This document shows positions 35,378 through 44,956 of a stretch of 64,000 nucleotides of DNA, one piece after another. How positions within the stretch are numbered: position 1 is the first letter of the stretch; each line of letters begins with the position of its first letter. The stretch is from an uncultured Oscillospiraceae bacterium (lineage in GTDB: Bacteria > Bacillota > Clostridia > UMGS1883), in assembly GCA_964572985.1 (NCBI GenBank), contig CAZNIC010000007.1, forward strand, positions 3,009 to 67,008, given 5' to 3'. The translations under genes were made by a program, and so were the position numbers. The notes beneath the pieces were generated by a model. It saw nothing but the letters and a program-made list of their open reading frames with translations, searched no databases and was not told where the DNA came from.

Positions 35378-36253
35378 TTATTGTATAGGTTTTACGTGAG
35401 TTTCTCCGTTAAGATATTTAAGCTTTGCTTCTGTAGCACGCTTCATTATTGCCTTTAAGGTATCGTAGTCCTCGTCCTTTATAGCTTTTTCTATTCTTTC
35501 CAAGCTTTCCTTCATTTCGTCAATAAGTATGCAAAGAGCGTCCTTGTTTTCAATAAACAGTTCACTCCACAAAATCTCGTTTATTACCGCAACACGTGTA
35601 CAGTCACGGAGTGAGCCCGCAGAAAAGCTGGACGCGATTTCGATATGTTTGTTGTCGCACAATGCAACCGCAATTACGTGCATAAGCTGGCTTGTATATG
35701 CAATCATTTCATCGTGGTCGTGGGGCGAAATCCTTACTATCTTTTTTGCGCCTATGTACTTTGCCATTTTTTCAATTTCGGCAATTGCTTTTTCGGTATT
35801 GTCGGGTGTCGGCGTAATAAGGAAATTACAGTTATTGAAAAGTGTAGGAAGACTATTTACATAGCCATATACTTCTCTACCTGCCATGGGATGTGCACCT
35901 ACAAATTCCATATCCGGGCGAATAACCGCGTTAATGTCTTTTACAAACTTTTCCTTAATACCGCATACATCTGTCAGAAGTGCACCTTTTTTAAAGCTGC
36001 TGAGGTGGTCTTTTACAAACTCAACGCATAATGAAGGATACAAACACAAAACCACCATATCACTCTTTTGAAGAATCTCGTCTTCTGTTTCTCCGTTATT
36101 GGCAATAACACGGTCGGCAACTGCCATATCTACAACGCTCTTGCGGTGATTAATGCCGTAAACTGTCACATCAGGGTATCCCTTAAGCGCCTTTGCCAAA
36201 CTGCCGCCTATAAGACCCAAACCAACTATTGTAATATTATACATATATATCAT
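35378..36253 (-). CDS. tyrA: Prephenate dehydrogenase
   Basis: Rossmann motif ITIVGLGLIGGSLAKAL and the VGAHPMAG motif. Confidence 0.88.
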   Translation of the reverse strand: MIYMYNITIVGLGLIGGSLAKALKGYPDVTVYGINHRKSVVDMAVADRVIANNGETEDEILQKSDMVVLCLYPSLCVEFVKDHLSSFKKGALLTDVCGIKEKFVKDINAVIRPDMEFVGAHPMAGREVYGYVNSLPTLFNNCNFLITPTPDNTEKAIAEIEKMAKYIGAKKIVRISPHDHDEMIAYTSQLMHVIAVALCDNKHIEIASSFSAGSLRDCTRVAVINEILWSELFIENKDALCILIDEMKESLERIEKAIKDEDYDTLKAIMKRATEAKLKYLNGETHVKPIQ

Positions 36254-36262
36254 CTCCGTTTT

Positions 36263-36946
36263 TTAATCGTTTTCAAATATCCTATCAGGATTGTCCATGA
36301 TTAAATCATCAAATTTTTCATTTTTCAGAATTTCGCCCATAGCGTTAAGCCGTCTTGATGATGCGTGGTGAATGTCGCTACCCAGACAATAGGCAAAATT
36401 ATTTCTCACAAGCATCCTTGCAAAGTCACCCTCATCGCTGTCCTCAAAAAGGCTGATTGCATTCACCTGCAACATTACGCCTCTGTCAAGGAGCGCTTCA
36501 AGAAGCATTCTGTTATGCCTCAAATACGAATATCTTTCAGGATGCGCAACCAATACGCGCAACCCTTCTGCCAACACATAATCTATATATTCCACAAAAG
36601 TCTCCGGGGATAGCGAATGATATTTAAACTCACAAAGCACAACATTGCTTTTGCCTATTGCAAGTTTTTCAAGCTCCGTTTCGTTAAAAATTTCATCTGT
36701 AATATATACCTCTGCCCCAGTTTTCAGCTCTATGCCAAATTCGCTTGCCTCTTCTTTCAGTATATCAAAATGCTTTTTTCTCACCTCAAGAAAAGTTTCC
36801 ACATCATCGCCGATTGAAAAATGCGGGGTCAGTGCCATTTTACGAACGCCTAAAGCTCGGGCTTTTCTCAAAATAGCAATCGAATCTTCTATTTTCTGTG
36901 CTCCGTCATCCATACCAAAAAGCGCATGTGAATGTAAATCAACCAT
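36263..36946 (-). CDS. PHP-domain tyrosine-protein phosphatase (CpsB/YwqE type)
   Basis: MVDLHSHALFGMDDGA, VAHPERY and GSDIHH metal-binding motifs. ATG 36946 has a GAGGAG RBS. Confidence 0.8.
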   Translation of the reverse strand: MVDLHSHALFGMDDGAQKIEDSIAILRKARALGVRKMALTPHFSIGDDVETFLEVRKKHFDILKEEASEFGIELKTGAEVYITDEIFNETELEKLAIGKSNVVLCEFKYHSLSPETFVEYIDYVLAEGLRVLVAHPERYSYLRHNRMLLEALLDRGVMLQVNAISLFEDSDEGDFARMLVRNNFAYCLGSDIHHASSRRLNAMGEILKNEKFDDLIMDNPDRIFEND

Positions 36947-37394
36947 TTTTATTTCTCCTCGCAAATATCAATCCCGCAAGTTGGGTCAAAGCTATTGAGA
37001 ACGCCGCACCTGCAGAATCCAGCAAAACGTCTTTAACAGCTCCGCTTCTGCCGGCTACAAAAATCTGGTGCACCTCGTCAGCTGTTGCATATATTACACA
37101 TACAGCCAGTGCTGTAAAAAATGCTTTTTTGCCTGTTTGTCCAAAATTTGTAATAACAAGCATGTATGTTACAAACCCCAGAAAAGCATATACTGAAAAA
37201 TGCGCCAGTTTACGGATAAAAACGCTTAAAAACGCTATCGTTTCATCTGAGGCTTTTATATCAAAAAATTTAATTATGTCAAAGAGTAATCCGTCACTGA
37301 GCTCTGTCGACTGCGTTGCCGGTTGGTGCGAAAACGAAAAAATCATAATCATACACGCTACGACCAATATCCACCAAATGTATTTTTTCACCAT
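36939..37394 (-). CDS. VanZ-family membrane protein
   Basis: KLAHFSVYAFLG and ATADEVHQIFVAGRSGAVKDVLLDSAGA motifs. It overlaps both neighbouring genes by a few nt. Confidence 0.75.
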   Translation of the reverse strand: MVKKYIWWILVVACMIMIFSFSHQPATQSTELSDGLLFDIIKFFDIKASDETIAFLSVFIRKLAHFSVYAFLGFVTYMLVITNFGQTGKKAFFTALAVCVIYATADEVHQIFVAGRSGAVKDVLLDSAGAAFSIALTQLAGLIFARRNKNG

Positions 37395-38467
37395 TTGTTT
37401 TTCTCCTGCCAATCCAAAAATCCTTCATACACGGCTTTTCCGCCGTCACCGTTAGGATGTGCATCATCACACGATGCCATGAATTCACTTTTCACACTGC
37501 CAACCGCGTCACATTCAAGACAAGCAGCAATATCAAAATACCCTTCTGTCTGTTTTATGTATTCATTCACTTTTTTTCGTTGTGCCTCTTCATATACCGA
37601 CATGTTAAACGGCGGTACAGTCATAAAATGCACTTTTATATCATTGTTTTGTTCTTTAAGCAGTGCCTTGGCTTTTTCCAAATCGCAAATAAGCTCGTCT
37701 GCGCTTCTGCCGCCTGAGCGAATGTCATTTACGCCAAAGCACACAAACACCTCGTCACACATCGCGGCTTTTTGGGTAAAAATTCCGCCTAACGATGCAT
37801 CATAGCCACGAGCCCATCCCATGCCTATATTCCAAAAGCTTATGTTGTCAGGCAAAGAAGCACCTATTCTGTGAGCCCAAGCTTCATATTTATCAATACC
37901 TGTACGTGTGCCCTGGGTTATGGAATCTCCCCAAAAACCTACCGTCTTGACCTTGGATTTATCGCAACCTATGAAAGCAGGTCTTAAAACAAAATTATCA
38001 CACCATTTTTCCTCACCGTCAACAAACATTTTGCCTGTAGATGCACTTTCGTTTGTAGCAGGCAAAAACACTCGCCCGTCTGTTTTAATATTAAAGCAAA
38101 GAACTAAATATCCGTCTGTTTTATATGTAAAACCAAAAGTGTCGCTTTCATATTCTTCGCCTACAGCTACGGTTTTTGCAATACTTCCGTCAAATGTTAT
38201 GGGAGTAATACTTTCTTCGGTGTCTTTATCAGGCGAAAATGCTGCATAGGCCTTTGTGATAACATATCCGTCACCCTTTTTCCCCGCACGGCAGTTCCCC
38301 GTCGAATCAACGGAATTTATAAAGAAAAGTTTGTATTGGTTTTTCCCTTCGGTACGAAGTTTGTAGTAGCTTTTAAAAACATATTCCTTGTTGCCCAAAA
38401 GATTAATACCGTTATTATTGCCTGTACCCAACACCGTTGCCGAATACATTTGCGTAAATTTTTTCAT
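37388..38467 (-). CDS. SGNH/GDSL hydrolase with an N-terminal beta-rich domain
   Basis: Block I FWGDSITQG, block III GVND and block V DDAHPN. Confidence 0.75.
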   Translation of the reverse strand: MKKFTQMYSATVLGTGNNNGINLLGNKEYVFKSYYKLRTEGKNQYKLFFINSVDSTGNCRAGKKGDGYVITKAYAAFSPDKDTEESITPITFDGSIAKTVAVGEEYESDTFGFTYKTDGYLVLCFNIKTDGRVFLPATNESASTGKMFVDGEEKWCDNFVLRPAFIGCDKSKVKTVGFWGDSITQGTRTGIDKYEAWAHRIGASLPDNISFWNIGMGWARGYDASLGGIFTQKAAMCDEVFVCFGVNDIRSGGRSADELICDLEKAKALLKEQNNDIKVHFMTVPPFNMSVYEEAQRKKVNEYIKQTEGYFDIAACLECDAVGSVKSEFMASCDDAHPNGDGGKAVYEGFLDWQEKNKW

Positions 38468-38532
38468 TTTGCTCTATCCCATCTTTTTTTGTATTGACAA
38501 TCAAATTTTTATTTGCTATAATAATCCTGCTT

Positions 38533-38620
38533 GCCCGAGTGGCGGAACTGGCAGACGCACAGGACTTAAAATCCTGCGGCCCTTAAAGCCGTACCGGTTC
38601 GATTCCGGTCTCGGGCACCA
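38533..38620 (+). tRNA. tRNA-Leu (anticodon TAA), CCA encoded
   Basis: Acceptor stem GCCCGAG/CTCGGGC, anticodon arm CAGGA-CTTAAAA-TCCTG, a long variable arm, and T-arm CCGGTTCGATTCCGG. Confidence 0.95.
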
Positions 38621-38662
38621 AAATCGACATTCTTCGACAGAAGGATGTCGATTTTATTTTTT
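38621..38662. terminator. Hairpin terminator shared by tRNA-Leu and the convergent trmB
   Basis: ATCGACATtCTTC-GACA-GAAGgATGTCGAT followed by TTTTATTTTTT. Confidence 0.7.
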
Positions 38663-39296
38663 ATCTCTTTTTTCTTGCAACAAGTCTGTTTATCGTAAAT
38701 CCAAGTCCTGAGAATTTTTCTTCGTATTCCGTCATAATATTGCCTTCAAAACCCGAGTTATGCAAGTCGTATGTTACTTCACTGAGCTCCCACCCGTTTT
38801 CTCGAAAACTTTCGAGCGAAAAGTCAAACAGATTTCTGTTATCGGTTTTAAAATGCACCTCGCCGTCTTCTGCGAGGATTTTTTCATATAAATCAAGAAA
38901 ATTTTTGTGCGTAAGTCTTCTCTTGGCGTGCCTGTCCTTGGGCCACGGGTCAGAAAAATTCAGATAAATCCTGTCCACACTGCCATGGGGAATAGAATCT
39001 GCCATATATTGCACATTGCCCGACACAAAGCGTATGTTGTCAAGCTCCATAGCTCTAGCTTTTTCGGCAGCGAGCACTATAATATTGGCAATCATTTCGC
39101 TTGCTATGTAATGGATATCGGGGTTAAGAGATGCAAGGGTTGTAATAAACCTACCCTTTCCGCACCCGATTTCCATATGAAGCGGATGATGCGACAAAAA
39201 CGCATCGTCTAAAATATCACCTTTATCAGAATAAATTTCTGCACAGTTATCAAGTCTTTCGTCAAGATGTTTACGGTTTCTCTGTCTCATAGTCAA
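38661..39296 (-). CDS. trmB: tRNA (guanine-N7)-methyltransferase
   Basis: EIGCGKGRF SAM motif and FSDPWPK motif. Length is 211 aa. Confidence 0.9.
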   Translation of the reverse strand: MTMRQRNRKHLDERLDNCAEIYSDKGDILDDAFLSHHPLHMEIGCGKGRFITTLASLNPDIHYIASEMIANIIVLAAEKARAMELDNIRFVSGNVQYMADSIPHGSVDRIYLNFSDPWPKDRHAKRRLTHKNFLDLYEKILAEDGEVHFKTDNRNLFDFSLESFRENGWELSEVTYDLHNSGFEGNIMTEYEEKFSGLGFTINRLVARKKR

Positions 39297-39355
39297 ACCT
39301 CCGTAAGGATTTTCAACTATATATTATATTATTTTATGTTTTCTAAGTCAAGTTT

Positions 39356-39910
39356 TTAAAACAGCTCTGCCAGTTTGAATTTGATTTTTACGGGTAATTT
39401 CTCTCTTTTGACCACATCGTAGTTTTCACCGAAGGTTTCTTTTAAGAGAGCATCAGATTCATCGGTTGCCGCATCCACCATGCAAAGAGGCGGAAAAAGC
39501 ACACACCACCAGTTTTCACCTTCGGCTTTTCCCAAAGAAATCTTCACAGCATTATACTCTCCCTTAGGCAAAGAAAAGTTATCGTAATTTTTTGTCGGAA
39601 AATCAAACCTGCCGTATTCTGCCTTTGCGCGATAGGGAAATCCCTTCTCCTCAAGCACCTGATTTGCCGTATTTTCAAACAGTGCCAGATTTTCCCTGAT
39701 TTCATCTGCAGACTCAAAATTTTTCATCTCGGAAAGTATTCTGTCCCGGATTTCGAGCTTTACCTTTTGGTCATCATAACTGTTGCTTTCGGCAACAATA
39801 TGAAGCCTGACAATTCCGTCGCTCAATTCATCTGAAAGTTTTTTTGAATACCCTGCCAAACTTGTTACAAGTACAAGCCCTATCAATATCGAAACTGCTA
39901 CTTTTTTCAA
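39356..39910 (-). CDS. spoIIR: Stage II sporulation protein R
   Basis: IRLHIVAESNSYDDQKVKLEIRDRIL and WWCVLFPPLC motifs. TTG 39910 is favoured as the start (AGGGAG 8 nt upstream, then a signal peptide). The ORF track starts at TTG 39934. Confidence 0.82.
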   Translation of the reverse strand: MKKVAVSILIGLVLVTSLAGYSKKLSDELSDGIVRLHIVAESNSYDDQKVKLEIRDRILSEMKNFESADEIRENLALFENTANQVLEEKGFPYRAKAEYGRFDFPTKNYDNFSLPKGEYNAVKISLGKAEGENWWCVLFPPLCMVDAATDESDALLKETFGENYDVVKREKLPVKIKFKLAELF

Positions 39911-39933
39911 ACATATCAACTCCCTTTTTTTCA

Positions 39934-39962
39934 ATTATTTCTCAAAGGGAGAATTTTTATAC
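39934..39962 (-). promoter_or_regulatory. Possible forespore (sigma-F-like) promoter of spoIIR
   Basis: On the minus strand: GTATA, 14 nt, GAGAAATAAT. This resembles the sigma-F consensus (GYATA ... GGnnAnAHTR), but the match is imperfect. Confidence 0.3.
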
Positions 39963-39990
39963 AAAAAAGGGTTGAATATTCAACCCTTTA
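39963..39990 (-). terminator. Rho-independent terminator of ribU, containing its stop codon
   Basis: AAGGGTTGA-ATAT-TCAACCCTT followed by TTTTG. Confidence 0.7.
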
Positions 39991-40519
39991 AAAGTTTAGA
40001 TATTTTTTTGTATATAATCATCGTTATAGCTGACAGACATATGCCTCTCATAATATTAAACGGCACAATTGTAAAAAGCGTCAGATTTAATTTTGCCGAA
40101 AAAGCTACGTTACGCATATAAAGCGGAAGCATAATGTACAAATTAGTCAGTATGCTTGTTGCGCTCATTACAACCGTCGCAATCAAAAGTGCCGCTATTG
40201 CACCTTTTCTTGTCTTGTTTTTTTGATAAATCATGCCACATACAAAAACAAAAACGCCATTGACCGCAAAATTTGCCGCCTCGCCTACAAATCCTGTAGA
40301 GCTCATTGTGCAGTGAAGCAGATTTTTGACAAGTTCAACACAAACACCCGCCCAAGGGCCTAATGCCAAAGATATAATAATGGCGGGCAAATCCGATACC
40401 TCTACCTCCAAAAAGCCGGCAACCTTAATGCTCATCATGCTTCCTATTACCTGAAGCACAAAGGCAATAGCTGAAAAAACCCCGACTTTTACAACAAAAT
40501 TTGTCCTGCTCGTTTTCAT
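39980..40519 (-). CDS. ribU: ECF transporter S component, riboflavin type (RibU-like)
   Basis: 179-aa polytopic protein, MKTSRTNFVVKVGVFSAIAFVLQ..., with an FMN riboswitch directly upstream. ATG 40519 has an AGGGATT RBS. The longer ORF-track N-terminus merely translates the terminator hairpin. Confidence 0.8.
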   Translation of the reverse strand: MKTSRTNFVVKVGVFSAIAFVLQVIGSMMSIKVAGFLEVEVSDLPAIIISLALGPWAGVCVELVKNLLHCTMSSTGFVGEAANFAVNGVFVFVCGMIYQKNKTRKGAIAALLIATVVMSATSILTNLYIMLPLYMRNVAFSAKLNLTLFTIVPFNIMRGICLSAITMIIYKKISKLLKG

Positions 40520-40540
40520 TTTAATCCCTCTTTCAATATA

Positions 40541-40575
40541 CAAAAAAGCTCCGTATATAATATACGGAGCTTTTG
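40541..40575 (-). terminator. Expression-platform terminator of the FMN riboswitch
   Basis: On the minus strand: AGCTCCGTATA-TTA-TATACGGAGCT followed by TTTTTTG, 22 nt before the ribU start. Confidence 0.75.
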
Positions 40576-40611
40576 CAAGCAAAATAACGAAAACTTAAAA
40601 AAGTTTTCATA

Positions 40612-40735
40612 CAATTATCTTCTCACATCCGGACTATACCGTCGGTTGAGGAATTGCACCCCATCAGCCACCAAAGTGGGTCGCAGACTGTCACTGCCGG
40701 TGGGGAATCACACCCCGCCCCGAAGAATATTAAGT
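40612..40735 (-). promoter_or_regulatory. FMN riboswitch (RFN element)
   Basis: The minus strand reads CTTCGGGGCGGGGTGTGATTCCCCACCGGCAGT...GGTGCAATTCCTCAACCGACGGTATAGTCCGGATGTGAGAAGA. This matches the conserved RFN core (UCUUCGGGGCAGGGUGAAAUUCCCGACCGGCGGU ... AAUUCC..ACCGACAGUAUAGUCUGGAUG.GAGAAGA). A further hairpin, GAAAACTT/AAGTTTTC, lies at 40589-40608. Confidence 0.9.
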
Positions 40736-40754
40736 TTTCCAAGGTTAAAGTTAT

Positions 40755-40780
40755 CACAGAGAGGCTGACGCCTCTCTGTG
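40755..40780 (-). terminator. Hairpin terminator after rplS
   Basis: CACAGAGAGG-CTGACG-CCTCTCTGTG, 10 nt after the stop. The U-tract is weak. Confidence 0.6.
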
Positions 40781-40789
40781 ACCCTTAAA

Positions 40790-41131
40790 TCAGATCTTTT
40801 CCTTAACCTTAGCAGCCTTACCAACTCTGTCTCTGAGGTAGTAGAGCTTAGCACGACGAACCTTACCGCTTCTAACCTTTTCGATTCTGTCGATCATGGG
40901 AGAGTTAACGGGGAATGTTCTTTCCACGCCTACACCGTAAGAAACTCTTCTTACTGTAAATGTTTCGGCGATACCGCCATGCTTCTTGGAGATGATTGTT
41001 CCTTCGAACATCTGGATTCTCTCCTTAGCACCTTCTTTTACCTTAACATAAAGCTTTACTGTGTCACCAATGTTAAGTTCGGGAAGGTCGGATCTGAGCT
41101 GATCCTGTGTGATAGACTTTAAAATATCCAT
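40790..41131 (-). CDS. rplS: 50S ribosomal protein L19
   Basis: 113 aa: [35 protein letters not shown]...RRAKLYYLR. Confidence 0.97.
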   Translation of the reverse strand: MDILKSITQDQLRSDLPELNIGDTVKLYVKVKEGAKERIQMFEGTIISKKHGGIAETFTVRRVSYGVGVERTFPVNSPMIDRIEKVRSGKVRRAKLYYLRDRVGKAAKVKEKI

Positions 41132-41206
41132 CTTTACACTTCCTTTCTTTGATTAAGCGTTCGTACGAAGGTTCTGCAGAGGACCGCTTTTCTAATTTGC
41201 CATAAC

Positions 41207-41235
41207 ATATTAACACACTTTATTATACATTGCAA
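41207..41235 (-). promoter_or_regulatory. Candidate sigma-A promoter of rplS (TTGCAA-17-TAATAT)
   Basis: On the minus strand the -35 is at 41235-41230 and the -10 is at 41212-41207. A 70-nt leader containing AGCG...CGCT pairing follows. Confidence 0.45.
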
Positions 41236-41252
41236 GCCTTTTTTTAAATTTT

Positions 41253-41864
41253 TTATTTAAATTCAATTCTTACTTCGTGCACTTTTCCCAAGATAGTAAA
41301 GGGTGATTCTGTTATGTCAATTTTTACCGTTTTGTACTTTGTATTATCACTTTCAGGCGTAAGAGTAACAATGTTGCCCACTCTTGCATAGTGACGCACC
41401 ACCTCTTCACCCGAAGGCAGCACCGCAACCACCACATCGCCCGAAGATGCGTAGTTTTGTCTGCACACTATAAGATTGTCTCCCGTAAAAATACGCATTT
41501 TTGACATTGCATCGTCCTTCACACGGAGAGCATAATAATCCTTGCCGTGCATATCGGATTTGTTCATGTACACAGTGCCTACAATATCTCCCATTGTCAT
41601 GTTATGCAAATGGTCGAGCACGTATATTTCTTTGACCATGCCGCCTTCTCTGACCCTCATCTCGTCTGTAACCGCGGCAATATATCCGAGGGACACGTTA
41701 AAAATTTCTGCAAGGCGCATAAGAGTTTTCACGTTGGGCGGATTGTACTCCTCTTCGAGGCACTGTACTCCCATTTCGCTCATACCCAAAAGCATTGCCA
41801 TGCTTTTTACAGACAGACCAGCACTTTTTCTGAGTTTTATTAATCTTTGACTGAAACTTTCCAT
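41253..41864 (-). CDS. XRE HTH plus degenerate (predicted non-catalytic) S24 peptidase-like domain
   Basis: The HTH is LSVKSMAMLLGMSEMGVQCLEE. The S24 fold is retained, but GDSM is replaced by DDAM (Ala codon at 41508-41510). The dyad Lys position reads VVRHY, and no Ala-Gly cleavage site is present. Confidence 0.8.
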   Translation of the reverse strand: MESFSQRLIKLRKSAGLSVKSMAMLLGMSEMGVQCLEEEYNPPNVKTLMRLAEIFNVSLGYIAAVTDEMRVREGGMVKEIYVLDHLHNMTMGDIVGTVYMNKSDMHGKDYYALRVKDDAMSKMRIFTGDNLIVCRQNYASSGDVVVAVLPSGEEVVRHYARVGNIVTLTPESDNTKYKTVKIDITESPFTILGKVHEVRIEFK

Positions 41865-41881
41865 AATTCTCTTCTTAAATC

Positions 41882-41908
41882 AAATGGAGAGCTTTGCTCT
41901 CCATTTTT
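41882..41908. terminator. Hairpin terminator after yajC
   Basis: AAATGGAGAGC-TTTG-CTCTCCATTT with flanking T and A runs. Confidence 0.6.
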
Positions 41909-41911
41909 CCC

Positions 41912-42283
41912 TTATTTCTGCTTGTTATTTTTCTTGTTCTTATTGTTCTTGTTGTCTTTGATTTCGTCTTCAACTTCTTCGAACTCGTACTCGTACTCAT
42001 CTTCCTCATCGTCATGCACTGTGAGTACAGTCTTGATAGCGCCCTTTTCAAAAGTTATTCTTGTCTTGTTTGCGCCTGTTTCGATAACAACACGGTCATC
42101 CTTAACAGTAAGAACATTACCCATGACACCGCCGATTGTTATGATTTCATCACCGACACGCAATGCGTCAAGCATCATTCTTGTTTCTTTTTCTCTCTTC
42201 TTCTGAGGACGAATGAGAAGGAAATAGAATACTGCTATCATTACAACAAGATACATAATTGTCATTGTACCGCCATTTGCCAT
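41912..42283 (-). CDS. yajC: Preprotein translocase subunit YajC with an extended charged tail
   Basis: FYFLLIRPQKKREKETRMMLDALRVGDEIITIGGVMGNV is the YajC core. The C-terminus is DDEEDEYEYEFEEVEDEIKDNKNNKNKKNNKQK. Confidence 0.85.
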   Translation of the reverse strand: MANGGTMTIMYLVVMIAVFYFLLIRPQKKREKETRMMLDALRVGDEIITIGGVMGNVLTVKDDRVVIETGANKTRITFEKGAIKTVLTVHDDEEDEYEYEFEEVEDEIKDNKNNKNKKNNKQK

Positions 42284-42326
42284 TTTTGTAACCTCTTTTC
42301 TTAATGAATTTATATTAAACTTACGT

Positions 42327-42923
42327 TTAATTAGCTAAAATATGTTTTGCAATATTGATTGCAGACGCGTTTTGTTCTTCAACGTTATTTATCCAAAACG
42401 TATCCATTTCGGTAATTTTGCGTATTGATATATAAAGGTTTTCCTTTGGTTCAATACCAAGCTCGGCAACCTTTTTGCTGCCTTTTACACTTATTGCAAC
42501 AATCTGTCCCGAAGGATTTTTTATAACACTGCGCTTGCCGTCATAAAGCTCTGTCATGTCGTAAAATACATCCACCTCAAGATTTTTTGTGACGTATTCT
42601 TCTTCAATAAAATACAGCCTTGCAGCACCGTTTCCCACTGCGTTGGTCATTTTCTGATTTGAATTTGACTTATCCGAATGAGAAAGCTCATCGTTATAGG
42701 ATATCTCCATAATATCAATGCTTATACTGCCATCACCTGTTATATCACTGCAAAGCTCATAAAGCTTTGAGATATTTTTATCGTAGCTTTCACGGTTGAC
42801 AAAATCTTCACCTATATAAGCAATTGTCAGGTCGGGTTGCTTTCGGTCAACGCAGCTTTTTATGCAGATAACAATACCCACAATCACAATGATTGCAATT
42901 GCAATTTTATGCCATGTTTTCAT
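42327..42923 (-). CDS. Hypothetical membrane-anchored protein
   Basis: 198 aa with a single N-terminal TM helix (IAIAIIVIVGIVICI). No family was recognised. Confidence 0.55.
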   Translation of the reverse strand: MKTWHKIAIAIIVIVGIVICIKSCVDRKQPDLTIAYIGEDFVNRESYDKNISKLYELCSDITGDGSISIDIMEISYNDELSHSDKSNSNQKMTNAVGNGAARLYFIEEEYVTKNLEVDVFYDMTELYDGKRSVIKNPSGQIVAISVKGSKKVAELGIEPKENLYISIRKITEMDTFWINNVEEQNASAINIAKHILAN

Positions 42924-42944
42924 AACATCTGTCCTATCGTCAGC

Positions 42945-44447
42945 TTACTTATCCAACGGACGCATTGTGGGGAACAGGATTACGTCGCGGATAGAGGTAT
43001 TGTCAGTTAAGAACATAACAAGTCGGTCAATACCGATACCAACACCGCCTGTGGGAGGCATACCGTAACGGAGTGCATTGATGTAGTCTTCGTCCATCAT
43101 GCCGGCTTCGTCGTCGCCTGCTTCCAATGCCTTAACCTGCTCTTCAAATCTTTCCTTCTGGTCATAGGGGTCATTAAGTTCGCTAAATGCGTTACCTAAT
43201 TCCTTACCCATTACGAAAACTTCAAATCTTTCTGTAAATGCCTTGTTATTGGGGCATCTCTTAGCAAGAGGAGAAATTTCAACAGGATATTCTGTAATAA
43301 ACACAGGACCTGTAAGGTGTTCTTCTGCCTTTTCCTCGAATGCAAGAGCTATCATTTCGCCGATACTCTTTTCACCTTCAACTTCAATGCCTGCAGCCTT
43401 AAGAGCCTCTTTTGCTTCTTCAACAGTTGTAATAGTATCAAAGTCAATGCCGGAATACTTCTTTACAGCTTCCTTCATTGTCATTCTCTGCCAGGGACCG
43501 GTAAGGTCAATTTCAGTACCGTTGAAAGTGAACTTCTTTTCGCCGTTAACCTTTTCACAAACATGCGTGATAAGACCTTCTGTCAATTCCATCATGCCCT
43601 CGTAGTCTGTATAAGCCTGATAGATTTCGATACTTGTGAACTCGGGGTTATGAGTAAGGTCCATACCTTCGTTTCTAAACTGTCTGCCCATTTCGTATAC
43701 ACGCTCTAAACCGCCTACGATAAGTCTCTTCAAGTTGAGCTCTGTTGCAATACGAAGATACATATCAATATCAAGGGCATTGTGGTGAGTGATAAAGGGA
43801 CGCGCTGTTGCACCGCCACTGATAGAGTTCAACACGGGTGTATCAACCTCTAAGAAATCTCTTTCGTCAAGATAATTTCTGATTTCGCGGATAATTGCAC
43901 TGCGCTTCTTGAAAGTTTCTCTCACAGAGGGGTTTGCAATAAGGTCCATATATCTCTGACGGTAGCGGATATCGTGGTCAGCCACCTCGTTCTTTACATA
44001 TTCGTTACCCTTAACAGGGATAAAAAGGTTCTTTGCAAGAAGAACAAAGCTTGTTACATTAATGGAGATTTCGCCTGCTGCTGTTCTGAAAACAACACCT
44101 TCAGCGCCGATAACGTCCCAAACGTCAATTTCTAACTTAAAGCGGTTGAATTCTTCTTCACCGATTTCGTCTCTCTTTAAGTAGAACTGAATTTTTTCGT
44201 CACGGTCAAGAACATCCGCAAACATAAGTCCGCCTGCACGACGCTTTGCCATAAGTCTGCCTGCAGCTCTTACAGTTTTGCCTTCAAGCTCGTCAAAGTG
44301 TTCTTTAATATATGTCATGGAATGAGTTACATCATATTTTGTAACCTCATAGGGGTCTCTTCCTTCAGCACGAAGTTCTAAAAGCTTTTCTTCGCGGGTT
44401 TTCTGCTGATTGGGGTTTTGATTATTCTGCTGTGCCATTCTATTCAT
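42945..44447 (-). CDS. lysS: Lysine--tRNA ligase, class II
   Basis: OB-fold N-terminus and class II motifs ([19 protein letters not shown]). Length is 500 aa. Confidence 0.97.
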   Translation of the reverse strand: MNRMAQQNNQNPNQQKTREEKLLELRAEGRDPYEVTKYDVTHSMTYIKEHFDELEGKTVRAAGRLMAKRRAGGLMFADVLDRDEKIQFYLKRDEIGEEEFNRFKLEIDVWDVIGAEGVVFRTAAGEISINVTSFVLLAKNLFIPVKGNEYVKNEVADHDIRYRQRYMDLIANPSVRETFKKRSAIIREIRNYLDERDFLEVDTPVLNSISGGATARPFITHHNALDIDMYLRIATELNLKRLIVGGLERVYEMGRQFRNEGMDLTHNPEFTSIEIYQAYTDYEGMMELTEGLITHVCEKVNGEKKFTFNGTEIDLTGPWQRMTMKEAVKKYSGIDFDTITTVEEAKEALKAAGIEVEGEKSIGEMIALAFEEKAEEHLTGPVFITEYPVEISPLAKRCPNNKAFTERFEVFVMGKELGNAFSELNDPYDQKERFEEQVKALEAGDDEAGMMDEDYINALRYGMPPTGGVGIGIDRLVMFLTDNTSIRDVILFPTMRPLDK

Positions 44448-44503
44448 CCTTTCAGTATATACTGCGATAAAGTATTATATATCAAATTTTCTCATTTTTC
44501 AAG

Positions 44504-44956
44504 CTATATTTTGTTTCTGGAGTCAACAATTATGGTAACGGGGCCGTCATTTACAAGTTCCACCTTCATATCTGCACCAAAAACACCTTTTTCAACCTTT
44601 TGGCCGATTTCTTCTTCGCATCTTCTGCAGAATTCTTCATACATTTTTTCGGCATCAACGGGTGCCATTGCTCTCGAAAAGCCCGGGCGGTTGCCCTTTT
44701 TTATTTCTGCCAAAAGCGTAAACTGGCTCACGGCAAGTATAGAGCCGTCAATATCCTTTACGGACAAGTTCATTTTGTCGTTTTCGTCCGAAAAAACCCT
44801 CAGATTTACGCATTTTTTTACAACGTAATCCAAATCGTCCTTACCGTCGCCGTCCTCAGCGCCGAAAAGAATAAGAAACCCTTGTCCGATGCTACCGGTT
44901 ATGTCACCTTCCACCGTAACGGAAGCTCTTTTAACCCTCTGTATTACCGCTCTCAT
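44504..44956 (-). CDS. dtd: D-aminoacyl-tRNA deacylase
   Basis: MRAVIQRVKRASV... SQFTLLA ...GNRPGF motifs. Length is 150 aa. Confidence 0.93.
   Translation of the reverse strand: MRAVIQRVKRASVTVEGDITGSIGQGFLILFGAEDGDGKDDLDYVVKKCVNLRVFSDENDKMNLSVKDIDGSILAVSQFTLLAEIKKGNRPGFSRAMAPVDAEKMYEEFCRRCEEEIGQKVEKGVFGADMKVELVNDGPVTIIVDSRNKI

Noticed and set aside
41132-41206. A possible L19 ribosomal-protein leader upstream of rplS.
   Set aside because: A short stem (AGCG...CGCT) exists, but I cannot match it from memory to the described L19 leader consensus. Only the promoter was reported.
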